Shown here in pieces: positions 29,876-32,558 of a DNA stretch of 32,558 bases; the first letter of the stretch is position 1; each line of letters starts with the position of its first letter. The notes under the pieces are model-generated. The model had not been told where the DNA came from, ran no database searches, and saw only the letters and a program-made list of their open reading frames with translations. The position numbers and the translations under genes were made by a program. The stretch lies in the IMG/VR virus record IMGVR_UViG_2695420817_000008. One strand, 5' to 3'. Source of the DNA: a virus. Taxonomy: Duplodnaviria; Heunggongvirae; Uroviricota; Caudoviricetes.

Positions 29876-30619
29876 ATGACAGAGACAGAATCAGCGATTC
29901 TGGCGCACGCCCGGCGATGTGCGCCAGCGGAGTCGTGCGGCTTCGTGGTGAGAACGCCGGAGGAGGAAAGATATTTTCCCTGCGTGAATATCTCCGGTGA
30001 ACCGGAGGATTATTTCCGGATGTCGCCGGAGGACTGGCTGCAGGCCAAAATGCAGGGTGAGATTGTGGCGCTGGTCCACAGTCACCCCGGTGGTCTGCCC
30101 TGGCTGAGTGAGGCCGACCGGCGGCTGCAGGTGCAGAGTGATTTGCCGTGGTGGCTGGTCTGCCGGGGGGCGATTCACAAGTTCCGCTGTGTGCCGCATC
30201 TCACCGGGCGGCGCTTTGAGCACGGGGTGACGGACTGTTACACGCTGTTCCGGGATGCTTACCATCTGGCGGGAATTGAGATGCCGGATTTTCATCGCGG
30301 GGATGACTGGTGGCGTAACGGTCAGAATCTCTATCTTGACAATATGGAGGCGACTGGTTTTTACCGTGTCGCACTGACAGAGGCGCAGCCTGGCGACGTG
30401 CTGCTGTGCTGCTTTGGTTCATCGGTGCCGAATCATGCCGCTATTTACTGTGGTGACGGCGAGCTGCTGCACCATATTCCTGAACAACTGAGTAAACGAG
30501 AGAGGTATACCGACAAATGGCAGCGACGCACACACTCCCTCTGGAGTCACCGGGCATGGCGCGCATCTGCCTTTACGGGGATTTGCAACGATTTGGCCGC
30601 CGCATCGACCTTCGTGTGA
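29876..30619 (+). CDS. K: tail tip assembly protein K (MPN/JAMM-like plus NlpC/P60-like domains)
   Basis: ORF MTETESAILAHARRCAPAESCGFVV...; JAMM-like motif HSHPGGLPWLSEAD. The lambda annotation as recalled (199 aa) would start at the internal Met at 30020 (MSPEDWLQ...). Confidence 0.88.
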   Translation: MTETESAILAHARRCAPAESCGFVVRTPEEERYFPCVNISGEPEDYFRMSPEDWLQAKMQGEIVALVHSHPGGLPWLSEADRRLQVQSDLPWWLVCRGAIHKFRCVPHLTGRRFEHGVTDCYTLFRDAYHLAGIEMPDFHRGDDWWRNGQNLYLDNMEATGFYRVALTEAQPGDVLLCCFGSSVPNHAAIYCGDGELLHHIPEQLSKRERYTDKWQRRTHSLWSHRAWRASAFTGICNDLAAASTFV

Positions 30620-31188
30620 AAACGGGGGCTGAAGCCATCCGCGCACTGGCCACACAGCTCCCGGCGTTTCGTCAGAAACTGAGCGACGGCTGGTATCAGG
30701 TACGGATTGCCGGGCGGGATGTCAGCACGTCCGGGTTAACGGCGCAGTTACATGAGACTCTGCCTGATGGCGCTGTGATTCATATTGTTCCCAGAGTCGC
30801 CGGGGCCAAGTCAGGTGGTGTATTCCAGATTGTCCTGGGAGCAGCCGCCATTGCCGGATCATTCTTTACTGCCGGAGCCACCCTTGCAGCATGGGGGGCA
30901 GCCATTGGGGCCGGTGGTATGACCGGCATCCTGTTTTCTCTCGGTGCCAGTATGGTGCTCGGTGGTGTGGCGCAGATGCTGGCACCGAAAGCCAGAACTC
31001 CCCGTACACAGACAACGGATAACGGCAAACAGAACACCTATTTCTCCTCCCTGGATAACATGGTTGCCCAGGGCAATGTTCTGCCCGTTCTGTACGGTGA
31101 AATGCGCGTGGGGTCACGTGTTGTCTCTCAGGAGATTAGCACGGCAGATGAAGGGGACGGTGGTCAGGTTGTGGTGATTGGTCGCTGA
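30517..31188 (+). CDS. I: tail tip assembly protein I
   Basis: 223 aa, MAATHTLPLESPGMARICLYGDLQRFGRRIDLRVKTGAEAIRALATQLPAFRQKLSDGWYQV...; matches lambda gpI and overlaps the K 3' end as in lambda. Confidence 0.93.
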   Translation: MAATHTLPLESPGMARICLYGDLQRFGRRIDLRVKTGAEAIRALATQLPAFRQKLSDGWYQVRIAGRDVSTSGLTAQLHETLPDGAVIHIVPRVAGAKSGGVFQIVLGAAAIAGSFFTAGATLAAWGAAIGAGGMTGILFSLGASMVLGGVAQMLAPKARTPRTQTTDNGKQNTYFSSLDNMVAQGNVLPVLYGEMRVGSRVVSQEISTADEGDGGQVVVIGR

Positions 31189-31249
31189 TGCAAAATGTTT
31201 TATGTGAAACCGCCTGCGGGCGGTTTTGTCGTTTATGGAGCGTGAGGAA

Positions 31250-32558
31250 TGGGTAAAGGCAGCAGTAAGGGGCATACCCCGCGCGAAGCGAAAGATAACC
31301 TGAAATCCACGCAGCTGTTGAGTGTGATTGATGCCATCAGCGAAGGGCCGATTGAAGGTCCGGTGGATGGATTAAAAAGCGTGCTGCTGAACAGTACGCC
31401 GGTGCTGGACAGTGAGGGGAATACCAACATCTCCGGCGTCACGGTGGTGTTCCGGGCAGGTGAGCAGGAGCAGTCACCGCCGGAGGGATTTGAATCCTCC
31501 GGTTCCGAGACGGTGCTGGGTACGGAAGTGAAATATGACACGCCGATCACCCGGACCATCACGTCGGCAAACATCGACCGTCTGCGCTTTACCTTCGGTG
31601 TACAGGCACTGGTGGAAACCACCTCAAAGGGAGACAGGAATCCGTCGGAAGTCCGCCTGCTGGTTCAGATACAGCGTAACGGTGGCTGGGTGACGGAAAA
31701 AGACATCACCATTAAGGGCAAAACCACCTCGCAGTATCTGGCCTCGGTGGTGGTGGATAACCTGCCGCCGCGCCCGTTTAATATCCGGATGCGCAGAATG
31801 ACGCCGGACAGCACCACAGACCAGCTGCAGAACAAAACGCTCTGGTCGTCATACACCGAAATCATCGATGTGAAACAGGGCTACCCGAACACGGCACTGG
31901 TCGGCGTACAGGTGGACTCGGAGCAGTTCGGCAGCCAGCAGGTGAGCCGTAATTATCATCTTCGCGGGCGCATTCTGCAGGTGCCGTCGAATTATAACCC
32001 GCAGACGCGGCAATACAGCGGTATCTGGGACGGAACGTTTAAACCGGCATACAGCAACAACATGGCCTGGTGTCTGTGGGATATGCTGACCCATCCGCGC
32101 TACGGCATGGGGAAACGTCTTGGTGCGGCGGATGTGGATAAATGGGCGCTGTATGTCATCGGCCAGAATTGCGACCAGTCGGTGCCGGACGGCTTTGGCG
32201 GCACGGAGCCGCGCATCACCTGTAATGCGTACCTGACCACACAGCGCAAGGCGTGGGATGTGCTCAGTGATTTCTGCTCGGCGATGCGCTGTATGCCGGT
32301 ATGGAACGGGCAGACGCTGACGTTCGTGCAGGACCGACCATCAGATAAGGTGTGGACCTATAACCGCAGTAATGTGGTGATGCCGGATGATGGCGCGCCG
32401 TTCCGCTACAGCTTCAGCGCCCTGAAGGACCGCCATAATGCCGTTGAGGTGAACTGGATTGACCCGAATAACGGCTGGGAGACGGCGACAGAGCTTGTTG
32501 AAGATACGCAGGCCATTGCCCGTTACGGTCGTAATGTCACGAAGATGGATGCCTTTGG
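31250..32558 (+). CDS. J: central tail fibre / host specificity protein J, N-terminal 436 codons; gene continues past the window end
   Basis: MGKGSSKGHTPREAKDNLKSTQLLSVIDAISEGPIEGPVDGLKSVLLNSTPVLD... matches the lambda gpJ N-terminus; no stop before the window end. Confidence 0.93.

Overview
This window is a lambdoid prophage segment read from the recombination genes through the tail fibre gene. Calls rest on reading the translated ORFs against protein sequences recalled from memory; no search was run. The order is: bet (partial) and a short gam on the minus strand; an OL/pL-like region; an immunity region with a cI-like S24 repressor, a YdaS-like cro and a YdaT-like protein; replication genes O (with origin iterons inside it) and P; a DLP12-like nin region (ybcN, ninE, a ybcO-rusA in-frame fusion, ylcG, Q-like); a pR'-like late promoter; lysis genes (holin, lambda-type R endolysin, overlapped Rz/Rz1); cos; and a near-lambda-identical head and tail block (Nu1, A, W, B, C/Nu3, D, E, FI, FII, Z, U, V, G/G-T, H, M, L, K, I, J partial). 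Four AT-rich accessory insertions sit at classic moron positions. The most interesting is a translationally coupled two-gene operon between P and ybcN encoding a 548-aa calcineurin-like metallophosphoesterase with an unassigned N-terminal domain and a 278-aa HAD-family phosphatase. The others are a Rex-like pair (340-aa soluble protein plus 168-aa four-helix membrane protein) between OL and cI, an antisense 267-aa protein between Q and the holin, and a pair of small membrane-anchored proteins between Rz1 and cos. No rRNA, tRNA, CRISPR array, integrase or att site was found.
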